The notes below the pieces were generated by a model that was not told the origin of the DNA, did no database searches, and saw only the letters and a program-made list of their open reading frames with translations. Below, piece by piece: positions 19,272 through 28,313 of a stretch of 64,000 nucleotides of DNA (positions within the stretch are counted from its first letter, which is position 1; each line of letters begins with the position of its first letter). This DNA comes from Bryobacterales bacterium (lineage in GTDB: Bacteria > Acidobacteriota > Terriglobia > Bryobacterales > UBA6623): the NCBI GenBank assembly GCA_965214915.1, contig CBDCCP010000001.1, positions 2,130,898-2,194,897 of the forward strand, given 5' to 3'. The position numbers and the translations under genes are program-made.

Positions 19272-20861
19272 TCAGGTGCGTCGCTTGGCGCTCGCGGCCG
19301 AAGGCGGCGGCTCCCACGGCAGCCTGCCGTCGCAGCGGTCGCGATAATACGGAGCGATGGCGTCAACCTGCGCCGCGGCGCGGGCGGGCGTACGCTGCAG
19401 CGCGCCGCCGTCGATGATCGAAACAGCGGCGATCCGCGCCGGCCCGAACTCGTGCCAGGCATCCAGATCGGCGTTCGCGGACCCGGCAGGCGGCAGCGGA
19501 AAGTCGAACTGCAGGGTCCGCGGGGCAACGCGTTTCCGCAGACCCTGGTAATACCAGGATTGAACGATCAGTTCGCCCGCCCGCGGGGAATCGTGGAACT
19601 CGGGGCGCAGACGCAAAGCGGCGACTTCCATCTGCGCCAGCGACGTGCCGGTCGAGAAGCCTTCGAAGCCGCCTTCGGTATGCACAAGAACGCGGCCGCG
19701 GCGCCGGAGAGTGGCCCCGAAGCCGAGCGGACTGACGAACGAGTCCACTTGGCCGGCCTTTGTCGGGTAACCGAAAATTTCCCGTCCGAACTCCGCGCCC
19801 GCCGGCGACGGCTTCAGGTGCGACACGGCGTACCAGACAGCGCGGTTGTCGAGTAGGCAGTACGCCAGCAGCCATGCCTCGTCCAACGCGGGGTCGTCCA
19901 GGCCGCGAACGGCAAACAGCTTCAGCGACGGTCTGAGCGCCGCTTGACAGCCGGGCGGGAGCAATGCGGCGTGCCGCTCGCGGTTGACGCTGACTTCGAC
20001 CTCGACGATCGTGACGCCTTCGACAACGGTTTCCCGCCGGCCGCGGTAAGCCTCGACCGCCCCCGCTTCGACCCGTGCGCGAATGCGCCCCGACGTTGGC
20101 GGAACAAGTCCCAAGGCATCGGCGGAATAGGCCCGAAACGCAAACGGCTCGAACGCCGCAGCGGGAACCGCCTCCACGAACTCTTGAATCGGTTGCGTGT
20201 CCGCCAACCGTTCCCGCCGGCCGGCAACGGCAACCAGCTTGGAAACGCCGAGGAGGGAAAACGCTCCGTCGAATGTTCCGGCTGTGGTTACCGCATCGGT
20301 CGGGAGCGTTTCCCAACCTGCGTTCGAGCCGTCGGAAAGACGCCATAACTCGACCGGCGCGTCCGTATCGAGGGGGCCCTTCCGCCAATCCGGCTGCAAT
20401 AAATAGCGGTAAGTCAGGACTGGGAGTCGATCCGCAGCGGGGGCCGACTCGACTTCGCCGCCGACCTGTGCATGAAACATCTCGGTTCCTGCAATCCGCA
20501 GGCTGAAGGCGCCGCCGCCAATTTCTACATCGCCGGCAAACGCCGGTAAGCCGCGAGCTTCGCGGACGGTTCGCAACGTAAACGGATTCGCGGCCCAGAC
20601 GGCCAGCGGAAGCAAGTGCTCCTCGCCCCGGAGATCGACAAGCGCGGCGAGCTGACAATGCGCCCCCGCTGCTCCGTTGCGGAATTCGACGATTACGCGC
20701 CCCGGCTCGGACGGCTGCAGCGGAACGGGAATAGCTTGGCGCAGCTTGTCCGCGTCCGCCGCGAAACAGAGTCGGACCGCCAACAACTCATCCGCGGCCG
20801 CCGCCGGGAACACGGCGGCGGCCGCGGCGCCCAGAAACTGCCGCCGGTTGAGCACGAGCAC
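19272..20861 (-). CDS. Tat-signal protein with two acetoacetate-decarboxylase (ADC)-fold-like halves
   Basis: NRRQFLGAAAAA signal. The C-terminal half carries GREIFGYPTKAG, resembling the ADC-family GRE..G.PK block. The N-terminal half has the cognate VREARGLPAFAG. GTG start. Confidence 0.6.
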   Translation of the reverse strand: MLVLNRRQFLGAAAAAVFPAAAADELLAVRLCFAADADKLRQAIPVPLQPSEPGRVIVEFRNGAAGAHCQLAALVDLRGEEHLLPLAVWAANPFTLRTVREARGLPAFAGDVEIGGGAFSLRIAGTEMFHAQVGGEVESAPAADRLPVLTYRYLLQPDWRKGPLDTDAPVELWRLSDGSNAGWETLPTDAVTTAGTFDGAFSLLGVSKLVAVAGRRERLADTQPIQEFVEAVPAAAFEPFAFRAYSADALGLVPPTSGRIRARVEAGAVEAYRGRRETVVEGVTIVEVEVSVNRERHAALLPPGCQAALRPSLKLFAVRGLDDPALDEAWLLAYCLLDNRAVWYAVSHLKPSPAGAEFGREIFGYPTKAGQVDSFVSPLGFGATLRRRGRVLVHTEGGFEGFSTGTSLAQMEVAALRLRPEFHDSPRAGELIVQSWYYQGLRKRVAPRTLQFDFPLPPAGSANADLDAWHEFGPARIAAVSIIDGGALQRTPARAAAQVDAIAPYYRDRCDGRLPWEPPPSAASAKRRT

Positions 20862-20979
20862 TCAGTTTCGCACGGACAGAGGGCCGGGAGAGACCCCGCA
20901 GAAGAAAACGGCGCGCCGGGCCCCTCGATGCCGTCCGTAATGTCCGCTAAGATGGATGCATACGAAGCGGAGGGATTGC

Positions 20980-21246
20980 GTGCCCATCAGTCAGGAATTG
21001 CTTGAAATCCTTTGTTGCCCGCAGTCGAAGGTTCCCGTCGAGATGATGAGCGAGGACCAGCTCTCCAGACTGAATTCCCTGATCGCGGCTGGAAAGGTCG
21101 AGTATGCCGGCGGCGACGCCGTAGAGAAGCCGTTCTCCGAGGGCCTTATCACCACCGACGGCAGGACCGTTTACCGCATTGACGACGATATTCCCGTGAT
21201 GCTCATCGACCAATCGATCGCCGCCGATCGGTTGGAGGGCTTGTAG
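20980..21246 (+). CDS. Trm112 / UPF0434 family protein
   Basis: LLEILCCPQSK...DDIPVMLIDQSI signature. GTG 20980 is preferred because it follows a GGAGGG box with a 5-nt spacer. The ORF-track ATG is at 20956. Confidence 0.7.
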   Translation: MPISQELLEILCCPQSKVPVEMMSEDQLSRLNSLIAAGKVEYAGGDAVEKPFSEGLITTDGRTVYRIDDDIPVMLIDQSIAADRLEGL

Positions 21247-21292
21247 CCGGTAACCGCGAGGCCGCCCTGCAGACCGCGCCGGAGCGTCCGGC

Positions 21293-22636
21293 TCACACTC
21301 CCAGGCGCTTCTCGAATAGTCCGGCGAGCTTAGCGGAATGCCGCGCTACGTCCTCCGCGCGTTCGGCTTCGACCATGACCCGAACGAGCGGCTCCGTTCC
21401 GGAATAGCGCACCAGGACGCGCCCGCTTCCGGCCAGCTCCAACTCGCTTGCGGCGACGGCTTGCTGCAGCGCGGGGATTTGCTGGAGCGGTTTCCGCTCC
21501 TTGACCCGGATGTTGACGAGCCTTTGCGGAAACACTTTGAGACGCTGCCTGAGGACGCTGAACGATTCGCGCCGCTCGGCGGCGACCCCCAACATGGTCA
21601 ACGCCGTCAGCAGCCCGTCGCCGGTTGTGGCGTGGTCGCCGAAAATCACGTGCCCCGATTGCTCGCCTCCCAGGGCGGCGCCGCAGCGCAGCATCTCCTC
21701 GAGAACGTGCTTATCGCCCACGGGCGTCCGGGAGAGCGCGATGCCTTCGCCTTCCAGAGCCTTTTCGAGCCCGATGTTTGACATCACCGTCGCAACCACC
21801 CTGTTTTCGTGCAGTTGTCCGCGTTGCCTCATCTGGACTCCGACCGCGAGCAAGATATTGTCGCCGTTGAGGCGCCGGCCTTTTTCGTCGACGAGCAGGC
21901 AACGGTCGGCGTCTCCATCGAAGGCAATGCCGAGATCTGCCGCGCTTTCCACAACGCGTTGGGCGAGCGCATCCATGTGCAGCGAGCCGCAGTTGCGGTT
22001 GATGTTCCGGCCGTCCGGCCGATTGGCAAGGAACTCCGCTTCGATGCCCAGAGCCTCGAACACCGGCGGAGCGAGCGCCGACGCCGCGCCGTTGGCGCAG
22101 TCGACGACGACCCGCAGCCCCGCCGATCCCGGGCCGGAGGCGGCGACGTCGATCAGGTGACGGACATAGCTGCGGGCGATTTGCGGATCGCTCGCGAGCT
22201 CGAGCTGCGAAGGCTGCAAGCGTCCCGCAAGCAGTCGGGAAACCGCTTCTTCGGTCTCGGCTTCCTGTTCGTCGGGCATTTTGTACCCGAACGGCCCAAA
22301 CACCTTGATCCCGTTGTCTTCGAAAGGGTTGTGCGAGGCCGATATCATCACCCCGGACGAGAAACTTCCCCGTTCCGTCGCGTAGGCGACGCCGGGGGTG
22401 GGGATCACGCCGGCGTAATGCACTGCCACGCCGCCGGATTGGAGTCCGGCGGCGAGAGTTTGTGCGATGCCCGCGCTCGACTCCCGCGGGTCCGCGCCGA
22501 TCAACACCGACGGCTTTTTCGTCTGTGCGAGACGCTCGGCGAGCGCGGCGCCGACGGCGAACGTCGTCGCTTCGTCTAGCGGCGGCTCGCTGGCTCGGCC
22601 GCGAATGCCGTCGGTGCCGAAAAGACTCTTAGCCAT
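21293..22636 (-). CDS. glmM: phosphoglucosamine mutase
   Basis: MAKSLFGTDGIRG start, phosphoserine loop SASHNPFEDNGIKVF, DGDADR Mg loop and GGEQSGH sugar loop. Trimmed from ORF-track start 22681. Confidence 0.95.
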   Translation of the reverse strand: MAKSLFGTDGIRGRASEPPLDEATTFAVGAALAERLAQTKKPSVLIGADPRESSAGIAQTLAAGLQSGGVAVHYAGVIPTPGVAYATERGSFSSGVMISASHNPFEDNGIKVFGPFGYKMPDEQEAETEEAVSRLLAGRLQPSQLELASDPQIARSYVRHLIDVAASGPGSAGLRVVVDCANGAASALAPPVFEALGIEAEFLANRPDGRNINRNCGSLHMDALAQRVVESAADLGIAFDGDADRCLLVDEKGRRLNGDNILLAVGVQMRQRGQLHENRVVATVMSNIGLEKALEGEGIALSRTPVGDKHVLEEMLRCGAALGGEQSGHVIFGDHATTGDGLLTALTMLGVAAERRESFSVLRQRLKVFPQRLVNIRVKERKPLQQIPALQQAVAASELELAGSGRVLVRYSGTEPLVRVMVEAERAEDVARHSAKLAGLFEKRLGV

Positions 22637-22731
22637 GAAAATCGGGTAATCCTGCCGAGCGGGCCGCCCGCTATGGCGCATTCCTATGGGGCGAACAAGG
22701 AATTCTCAATTGTAGCCGGTTCGGCCGCCCA

Positions 22732-23745
22732 CTATCCATCTACGGCGAAGCCGTGCATCTTGCGGTAAACCGGTCCGTCGTAGAACTGAGTCGATTTGAA
22801 CCACTCGTGGCGTCCGTCGCCGGCCTCCGGCGCGGCCAGCGCCATGATCCGCTTGCGCTCGGCCTCCTCCAGCGGCTTGAAGCCGCGGGCGATCTTTACG
22901 TCGGCCATGAGTTGATCCATCGTGAGATATCCGCGGACGAGTGACGAAATCGGTAGGCTCAGCGCCCAGCGGACGCACATTTCCGCCGTGACTTTCGTCG
23001 TCGAGGGTATCTCGGCGACGCGGCGGCCGCCGCCCAGGCACTTCATGCCCAGCACGCCGACGTCTTTCGCCGCGCAAAGCGGCACGACTTCGCGCTGAAA
23101 CGATCTGTAGAAGTAGTCCATCGGGTTGATTGGCATCTGCGCCGTGGCCCAGTCGTAGCCCTTGTTCAGCATCTTGGTATGGATGCGTGGGTGCTTGTGC
23201 CCGGTGAAACCGATGTAGCGCACCTTGCCCGCCTTCTGCGCTTCGAGGGCGAACTTCAGCCCGCCCTTCTCGAATACCCAGTCAGGGTCGTTGTCGTAGT
23301 TGGTCTCGTGGAATTGCCATAAATCGAGGTAATCGGTCTGCAAACGCCGCAGGCTGGTTTCCAGGCACTCTTGCGAGAACTTGTAGTCGCGGCCGGAATT
23401 CTTGGTCATCAGAAAAACTTTGTCCCGGCGTCCCTTGAGCGCCCTGCCCATGAACTCTTCGGCATAGCCGTCGAGGTACACGTAGGCGTTGTCCCAGAAA
23501 GAAACGCCGTTGTCGAGCGCGGCGTGGGCGAGCTTGAGGCCGGCCTTTTCGCCGTCGTCCTGCGCCGCGCGGCCGAGATGCGCGCCGCCGATGCAGAGGA
23601 TCGAGACCTGCTCGCCGGTGCGGCCCAAGCGCCGCGTGGGGATGCCGTTCCCCGAATCTTTTTGGGCAACGGCCGGCCCGGCAAGGGCGGACATGACGGT
23701 CGCTCCCAACGATCCTTTGACAAAGCTGCGGCGTGAATCGGACAT
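22732..23745 (-). CDS. aldo/keto reductase with Tat-like signal
   Basis: SRRSFVKGSLGATVMSALAGPAVA signal and AKR blocks GVSFWDNAYVY, LDLWQFHE and IGFTGH. Confidence 0.85.
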   Translation of the reverse strand: MSDSRRSFVKGSLGATVMSALAGPAVAQKDSGNGIPTRRLGRTGEQVSILCIGGAHLGRAAQDDGEKAGLKLAHAALDNGVSFWDNAYVYLDGYAEEFMGRALKGRRDKVFLMTKNSGRDYKFSQECLETSLRRLQTDYLDLWQFHETNYDNDPDWVFEKGGLKFALEAQKAGKVRYIGFTGHKHPRIHTKMLNKGYDWATAQMPINPMDYFYRSFQREVVPLCAAKDVGVLGMKCLGGGRRVAEIPSTTKVTAEMCVRWALSLPISSLVRGYLTMDQLMADVKIARGFKPLEEAERKRIMALAAPEAGDGRHEWFKSTQFYDGPVYRKMHGFAVDG

Positions 23746-24027
23746 AACGGAAACAGTATATCGGGAACGCGTCTTCTTCGGGGCGCGAGTCTTATGCGCA
23801 GAGAAACGAATCCGCAGAAAAAGACCGGATCGCGGTCGAGCCGTGCAAGCGCAAATCCGTTTCCCCTCGAACCGCTTCGCGCTACGAGTGCGTTATCCTG
23901 CAAAATCATACGACGCGTCGACAACGCACATGAGCAAGTTGCTGCCGCGCATCGCAGGCGGGGCGGCGCGGGCTGTCCCATCCTGGTCTTTGGAATCTTG
24001 AAGAAGCTGTACGTAGACGATGAATGA

Positions 24028-24266
24028 ATGACCCCGGCGGACGATCTGCTGCATGAGGTCGGCGGGAGAAGGTTTGTGACCGTGCCGGCCGATCCGCCGC
24101 GGCGGTTTCAGAACAGGACCGGGAAGATGGCGCCCGCGCGCCGCCGTCTTGCACGCTATCGCACGCTGTCGTTTGAGGAGGTCGAGGAATTGCCGGTAGG
24201 CTCGATCGCCAACGATACCGCGCACTTGTATCTGTGGGTTCCCAACGCTCTGTTGACCCACGGCCT
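24028..24266 (+). pseudogene. MT-A70-family adenine methyltransferase remnant (N-terminal ~80 aa only)
   Basis: RRFVTVPADPPRRFQNR...YRTLSFEEVEELPVGSIANDTAHLYLWVPNALLTHGL matches the MT-A70 N-terminal layout. The catalytic DPPW reads DPPR, and similarity stops about 17 nt before the convergent ankyrin gene stop. Confidence 0.55.
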
Positions 24267-24282
24267 GCGGGCGCGTCCCGAT

Positions 24283-26235
24283 CTATCGGCGCCGGCGCTC
24301 TTCCGCGTTTCGCGGCGCTTCGTTGCGGTGGCGGAGGAGGATAGCCGTCACGTCGGCGCGGCCCATTTTCTGCGCCCACGCCTGAGGGGTAGCCCAGGGT
24401 TCGGCGTCTGCTTCGTCCGCGTCCGCGCCGCGGCTTAACAGCAGCTCCACCAATTCGACACGGCCCCAGCGGCAGGCCCAGCCCAGCGGCGTGCTTTGCA
24501 ACAGATCGTCGCGGCAGTCCAGTCTTGCGCCGGCGTCGAGCGCCGCGTTGGCGAAGGCAATCCGCTCGTCGGACGTCAGGTGATCGCGCGAGGCGGCGAT
24601 CTTGTGCAGGATGGAATTGCCGAAGCGTCCGGGGACGTTCACGTCGCAGCGCTCGAGCACGAGTTGAAAGCAACGCAGATACGTCCCGCGGTCGAGATCG
24701 GCATGCGCCCAAGGGCCGCGCATGTGATTCCAGAAGCGGGTCGGCTGGGCCAGGATGCGCCGCCAGCGCGAGTCGCTGCGGGCCCAATCGGTGCGCTGGA
24801 GAGCCATGCGCACGATCTCGGGGTCGCCGCCGCAGGCCGCGCTCCAGAGGATATCTTCCACGAGCTCGGCCTTTGTGGCGGTTCCCTCGGGCAGCGTTCC
24901 CGCGTCCGCGGCGGCGAGCATCAGCCTGGCCGGCTCGGTCTCCCGGTAGTGCGCCAGGGTCACGGCGTCGGCCCGCCCGCCATAGCTTTGCAGCAAGCGG
25001 ATCATCTCCCGGTCGCGCCGGCCGTAGGCGGCAAACACGGGCGTACCGCTGGCGTAAACCTGGCCATTCGGATCGGCGCCGCGTTCGAGCAGCAGCTTCG
25101 CCGCCGCGAATTTTCCCGCTCCGGCGGCGCTGCGCAACGGCATGCCCCAACTCTGCACCGAACCCTCCAATTCCTCGAAAGCCATGCGCTCGTCGGGGTC
25201 GAGCCCCAAATCCAGCAGCAGCTCGAGCATGTCGATACGGTCGTGCCGCACGGCTATCGTCAGCAGCCCGCCCCCATATTCGATCGGATTGACGAGCGAC
25301 CCTGCGGCGTGGAGCCCGCGCAGCCGCGCGGCGTCGCCCAAGGCGACGGCGGCGCGGACGGTAAGCGCAGCGCCGCGTTCGAGCAGCAGCTTCGCCGCGG
25401 CGGCGAATTTTTTCGGCTCTACGGCGTTTCCCCAACCCCCTCCCACGGCGCAGTCGAGCGGAGAGCGGCCGTCGGGGCCCGGCCGGTTGGGGTCGGCTTT
25501 GCGCTCCAGGAGCTCGCGGACGATCGCGGCGGCGCCCATTGCGGCCGCAACGTGCAACGGCGGCCAACCCCTGCGGTTCGGCGCCTCGACCAGCGCGGGG
25601 TCGCCGGCGAGCATGGCGGCGGCCGCGGCGTCATCGCCGCCGAGTATAGCCCGAGTGAGCCGGACGGGCGCATCGTCCGCGGATCGCGCCGCGCCGCGCC
25701 GCCGCTCTTCCTCGCGAATGATCGCGACGATCTCGTCGTAGCCGCGCTCGCGGGCCAGCGTCATCGCCGTTGTCGCCGCTCGATGCGGGTATATCCCTTC
25801 GTGGGCATCGGCGCCGCGCCGCATCAGCAGCCGCGTCATCCGCGGCGAGCGGCCGAGCACGGCAAAGTGCAGCGGCCTGTGCTCATCGGTTTCGGAAAGG
25901 CACATGTTGACCAATTCCGGGCGGGCGCGGAGCATCGCCTCCACGCTTTGCGCATCGTCCGCCCGCACGGCTGCGGCCAGCCGCTCTATCGTGACGCCGG
26001 AGACATAAGCCTTCAGCTTGGGCCAACTATCGAAACCGTAGCTGCGCGCCAACACGAGTTGGGCGTGGCGGAGCGCGAAAGCATCGGTTGCGGCGCCCCG
26101 GTAATGCGCGGCAACCTCCGCGGCCGCGGCGGCGTCGCCGGAACGAAAGGCGCGCAGCAACTCCTTCGCTTGGCGCTTCAGTTGCTTGAGATCGGGTTTG
26201 GCGGGAAGCGCGCGGGTGGGCAGGCGCTTGCTCAT
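24283..26235 (-). CDS. ankyrin-repeat protein (cytoplasmic type)
   Basis: N-terminal DLKQLKRQAKELLRAFRSGD...AQLVLARSYGFDSWPKLKAYV module, followed by many ankyrin units. Confidence 0.85.
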   Translation of the reverse strand: MSKRLPTRALPAKPDLKQLKRQAKELLRAFRSGDAAAAAEVAAHYRGAATDAFALRHAQLVLARSYGFDSWPKLKAYVSGVTIERLAAAVRADDAQSVEAMLRARPELVNMCLSETDEHRPLHFAVLGRSPRMTRLLMRRGADAHEGIYPHRAATTAMTLARERGYDEIVAIIREEERRRGAARSADDAPVRLTRAILGGDDAAAAAMLAGDPALVEAPNRRGWPPLHVAAAMGAAAIVRELLERKADPNRPGPDGRSPLDCAVGGGWGNAVEPKKFAAAAKLLLERGAALTVRAAVALGDAARLRGLHAAGSLVNPIEYGGGLLTIAVRHDRIDMLELLLDLGLDPDERMAFEELEGSVQSWGMPLRSAAGAGKFAAAKLLLERGADPNGQVYASGTPVFAAYGRRDREMIRLLQSYGGRADAVTLAHYRETEPARLMLAAADAGTLPEGTATKAELVEDILWSAACGGDPEIVRMALQRTDWARSDSRWRRILAQPTRFWNHMRGPWAHADLDRGTYLRCFQLVLERCDVNVPGRFGNSILHKIAASRDHLTSDERIAFANAALDAGARLDCRDDLLQSTPLGWACRWGRVELVELLLSRGADADEADAEPWATPQAWAQKMGRADVTAILLRHRNEAPRNAEERRRR

Positions 26236-26440
26236 GACGAAACTCCTTCCTTGGCTACGCCGGCGGCGTCAGCGGCTGCGCCCGGTGTCCGCGCTCGCGG
26301 GCAGAAAAGAGTTCCTCGAAAGAACGGTTTTTATTCAAATCGGCTCGGGGTGGACTCGGTCCTTCCCGCGGACACGGCGGCGTCCCCGAAACGCCGCGCT
26401 CATCGTAGCGGGAAAGAGGGGCTCAAGTCAATGCGAGCCG

Positions 26441-26464
26441 AAAAAACCCCGCGACGGAACGGGG
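26441..26464 (-). terminator. intrinsic terminator after tRNA-Phe
   Basis: The minus strand reads CCCCG-ttccgtcg-CGGGG followed by TTTTTT, starting 15 nt after the tRNA-Phe 3' end. Confidence 0.55.
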
Positions 26465-26478
26465 CTTCACAATGAGGG

Positions 26479-26554
26479 TGGTGCCTAGGGACGGAGTTGA
26501 ACCGCCGACGCCGGCCTTTTCAGGGCCGCGCTCTACCACCTGAGCTACCTAGGC
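26479..26554 (-). tRNA. tRNA-Phe (anticodon GAA), CCA encoded
   Basis: Hand-folded cloverleaf: GCCTAGG TA GCTC AGGTGGTA GAGC G CGGCC CTGAAAA GGCCG GCGTC GGCGG TTCAACT CCGTC CCTAGGC A CCA (76 nt). Confidence 0.95.
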
Positions 26555-26593
26555 AACCGTTCTTATTTTACGAGGCGTCCGCCCAAAGGTCAA

Positions 26594-28138
26594 TCAGCCG
26601 AAGCCGAACATCTTTGCGCCGAGGAGATAAACCATCAAGGGCGCCACGGCCAAACCGAGCAAGTCGAGCACGATTCCGGCGCGGAACATCTTGGGAATGG
26701 TGATCCAGCCGCTGGAGAAAACGATCGCATTCGGCGGCGTCGCCACCGGAAGCGTGAAAGCGAACGAGGCCATGACCGCCACCGGTATGAGCAACAGATA
26801 GGGATGAACGCCGATCTCGACGGCCATCGCGGCGACGATCGGCGAGAACATCAAGACGGTAGCGACATTCGACGTCGCCTCGGTGAGGGCCGTCGACAGC
26901 AGGCAGGTGACGAGCACCAGAAGCCATACGGGCGTGCCCTTCAGCGCACCCAGTTGCAAGCCGATCCATGCCGCCAAGCCGCTTTCGGAGATGCCTGCCG
27001 CAAGCGCGAATCCGCCGCCGATGAGAAACACGATCCCCCAGGGCATGCGCTCCGCCGCCGTCTTCCAGTCCATCGCAAAACCGTCCGCCGAACCCCGCCC
27101 CAACAGATCGGCCGGCAACAGAAACAGCAGCACCGCCATCCCTATGGCGACCGTCGAGTCATGAACGTCCGAGGAATCCGGAAGCAGCCCGGACCATCCC
27201 GGCAGAGTGAACCACTCGAGGTCGAGCGGGCTGCGCGTGATCCAGAGCAGCCCCGTCGCCGCCGAAACCATCAGCACCAGACGCTCGACGGGCGCGATGG
27301 GGCCGAGACGCCGCAATTCATCTTGGATGACGCTTTGGCTACCGCGAAACTCGATCGCGGAAAGAGGCAGATCGGCGCCGAAACGGCAGAGATAAATCCA
27401 CGTCAGCGGCAGGAAAACCGCCACGATCGGGATGCAGACGGCCGACCAGGGGACAAAGCCGATCTGGGGCAGCTCGGGGAAATTCTCCGAGGCAAAACCC
27501 AGGAATGCAACCGTCGTCGGCGAGCCGACGATCGTGCCGATCCCGCCGACGCTCGCCGCGTAGGCGATGCCCAGCAACAGCACGAGCCCGAAATTTTTCC
27601 GCGCCAGCGACTTTGTTTCCTCCTGCGTATCGACACCCGCGATTTCCGCCATCTCGGCCAATTGGTTCACGACGGCCATCGCGATCGGCAACAGCATCAT
27701 CGTGGTGGCGGTATTCGAAATCCACATCGAGAGGAATGCCGCGGCAATCATGAAACCCAGCAGCAGGGAGCGCGGCTTCGAACCGACGCGCGCGATCGTG
27801 GCCAGGGCGATGCGGCGGTGAAGGTTCCACTTTTCCATCGCGATGGCGATGATAAAACCGCCGAGGAACAGGAAGATGATGTGATTCGCATAGTGCGCCG
27901 ACACGGCGCGGCTGGACAGGATGTCGAGCGCCGGAAACAGCACGAGCGGCAGCAGCGCCGTCACCGCGATGTGGGCGGCTTCGCTGATCCACCAGGAGGC
28001 CATCAGGAAGGCGACCGCGGCGGTGCGTTGGGCAACCGGCTCCATCCCGCCGGGCCGCGGCAGCAGTAGAATCGCCGCGAACCCGATCAGGCCGACGGCG
28101 AATCCGATATTCCGCCGATTGAATGCGCCGGCAAACAT
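26594..28138 (-). CDS. DASS/SLC13-family anion:sodium symporter
   Basis: 514 aa and polytopic, with WWISEA...ALLPLVLFP and SNTATTMMLLPI blocks plus the repeated C-terminal SNVATVLMFSPI hairpin motif. The ORF-track start 28321 runs through tRNA-Glu. The first usable ATG is 28138 (MFAGAFNRRNIG...). Confidence 0.85.
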   Translation of the reverse strand: MFAGAFNRRNIGFAVGLIGFAAILLLPRPGGMEPVAQRTAAVAFLMASWWISEAAHIAVTALLPLVLFPALDILSSRAVSAHYANHIIFLFLGGFIIAIAMEKWNLHRRIALATIARVGSKPRSLLLGFMIAAAFLSMWISNTATTMMLLPIAMAVVNQLAEMAEIAGVDTQEETKSLARKNFGLVLLLGIAYAASVGGIGTIVGSPTTVAFLGFASENFPELPQIGFVPWSAVCIPIVAVFLPLTWIYLCRFGADLPLSAIEFRGSQSVIQDELRRLGPIAPVERLVLMVSAATGLLWITRSPLDLEWFTLPGWSGLLPDSSDVHDSTVAIGMAVLLFLLPADLLGRGSADGFAMDWKTAAERMPWGIVFLIGGGFALAAGISESGLAAWIGLQLGALKGTPVWLLVLVTCLLSTALTEATSNVATVLMFSPIVAAMAVEIGVHPYLLLIPVAVMASFAFTLPVATPPNAIVFSSGWITIPKMFRAGIVLDLLGLAVAPLMVYLLGAKMFGFG

Positions 28139-28212
28139 GGTAGCGCTACGGGGATTCGAACCCCGATCTGAGCCTTGAGAGGGCCCTGTCCTAACCCTTA
28201 GACGATAGCGCC
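28138..28212 (-). tRNA. tRNA-Glu (anticodon CUC), CCA encoded
   Basis: Hand-folded cloverleaf: GGCGCTA TC GTCT AAGGGTTA GGAC A GGGCC CTCTCAA GGCTC AGAT CGGGG TTCGAAT CCCCG TAGCGCT A CCA (75 nt; G1-U72 wobble). Confidence 0.9.
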
Positions 28213-28313
28213 CCGGATAGCTTTTATCGTAGCCGAGCGGCTGCGGGCGGTCAATATCGGGCGAGCGCCCGCGCGGCGCACTGCGATAATGAAAATCTTG
28301 TCCCGGCGCCGCC

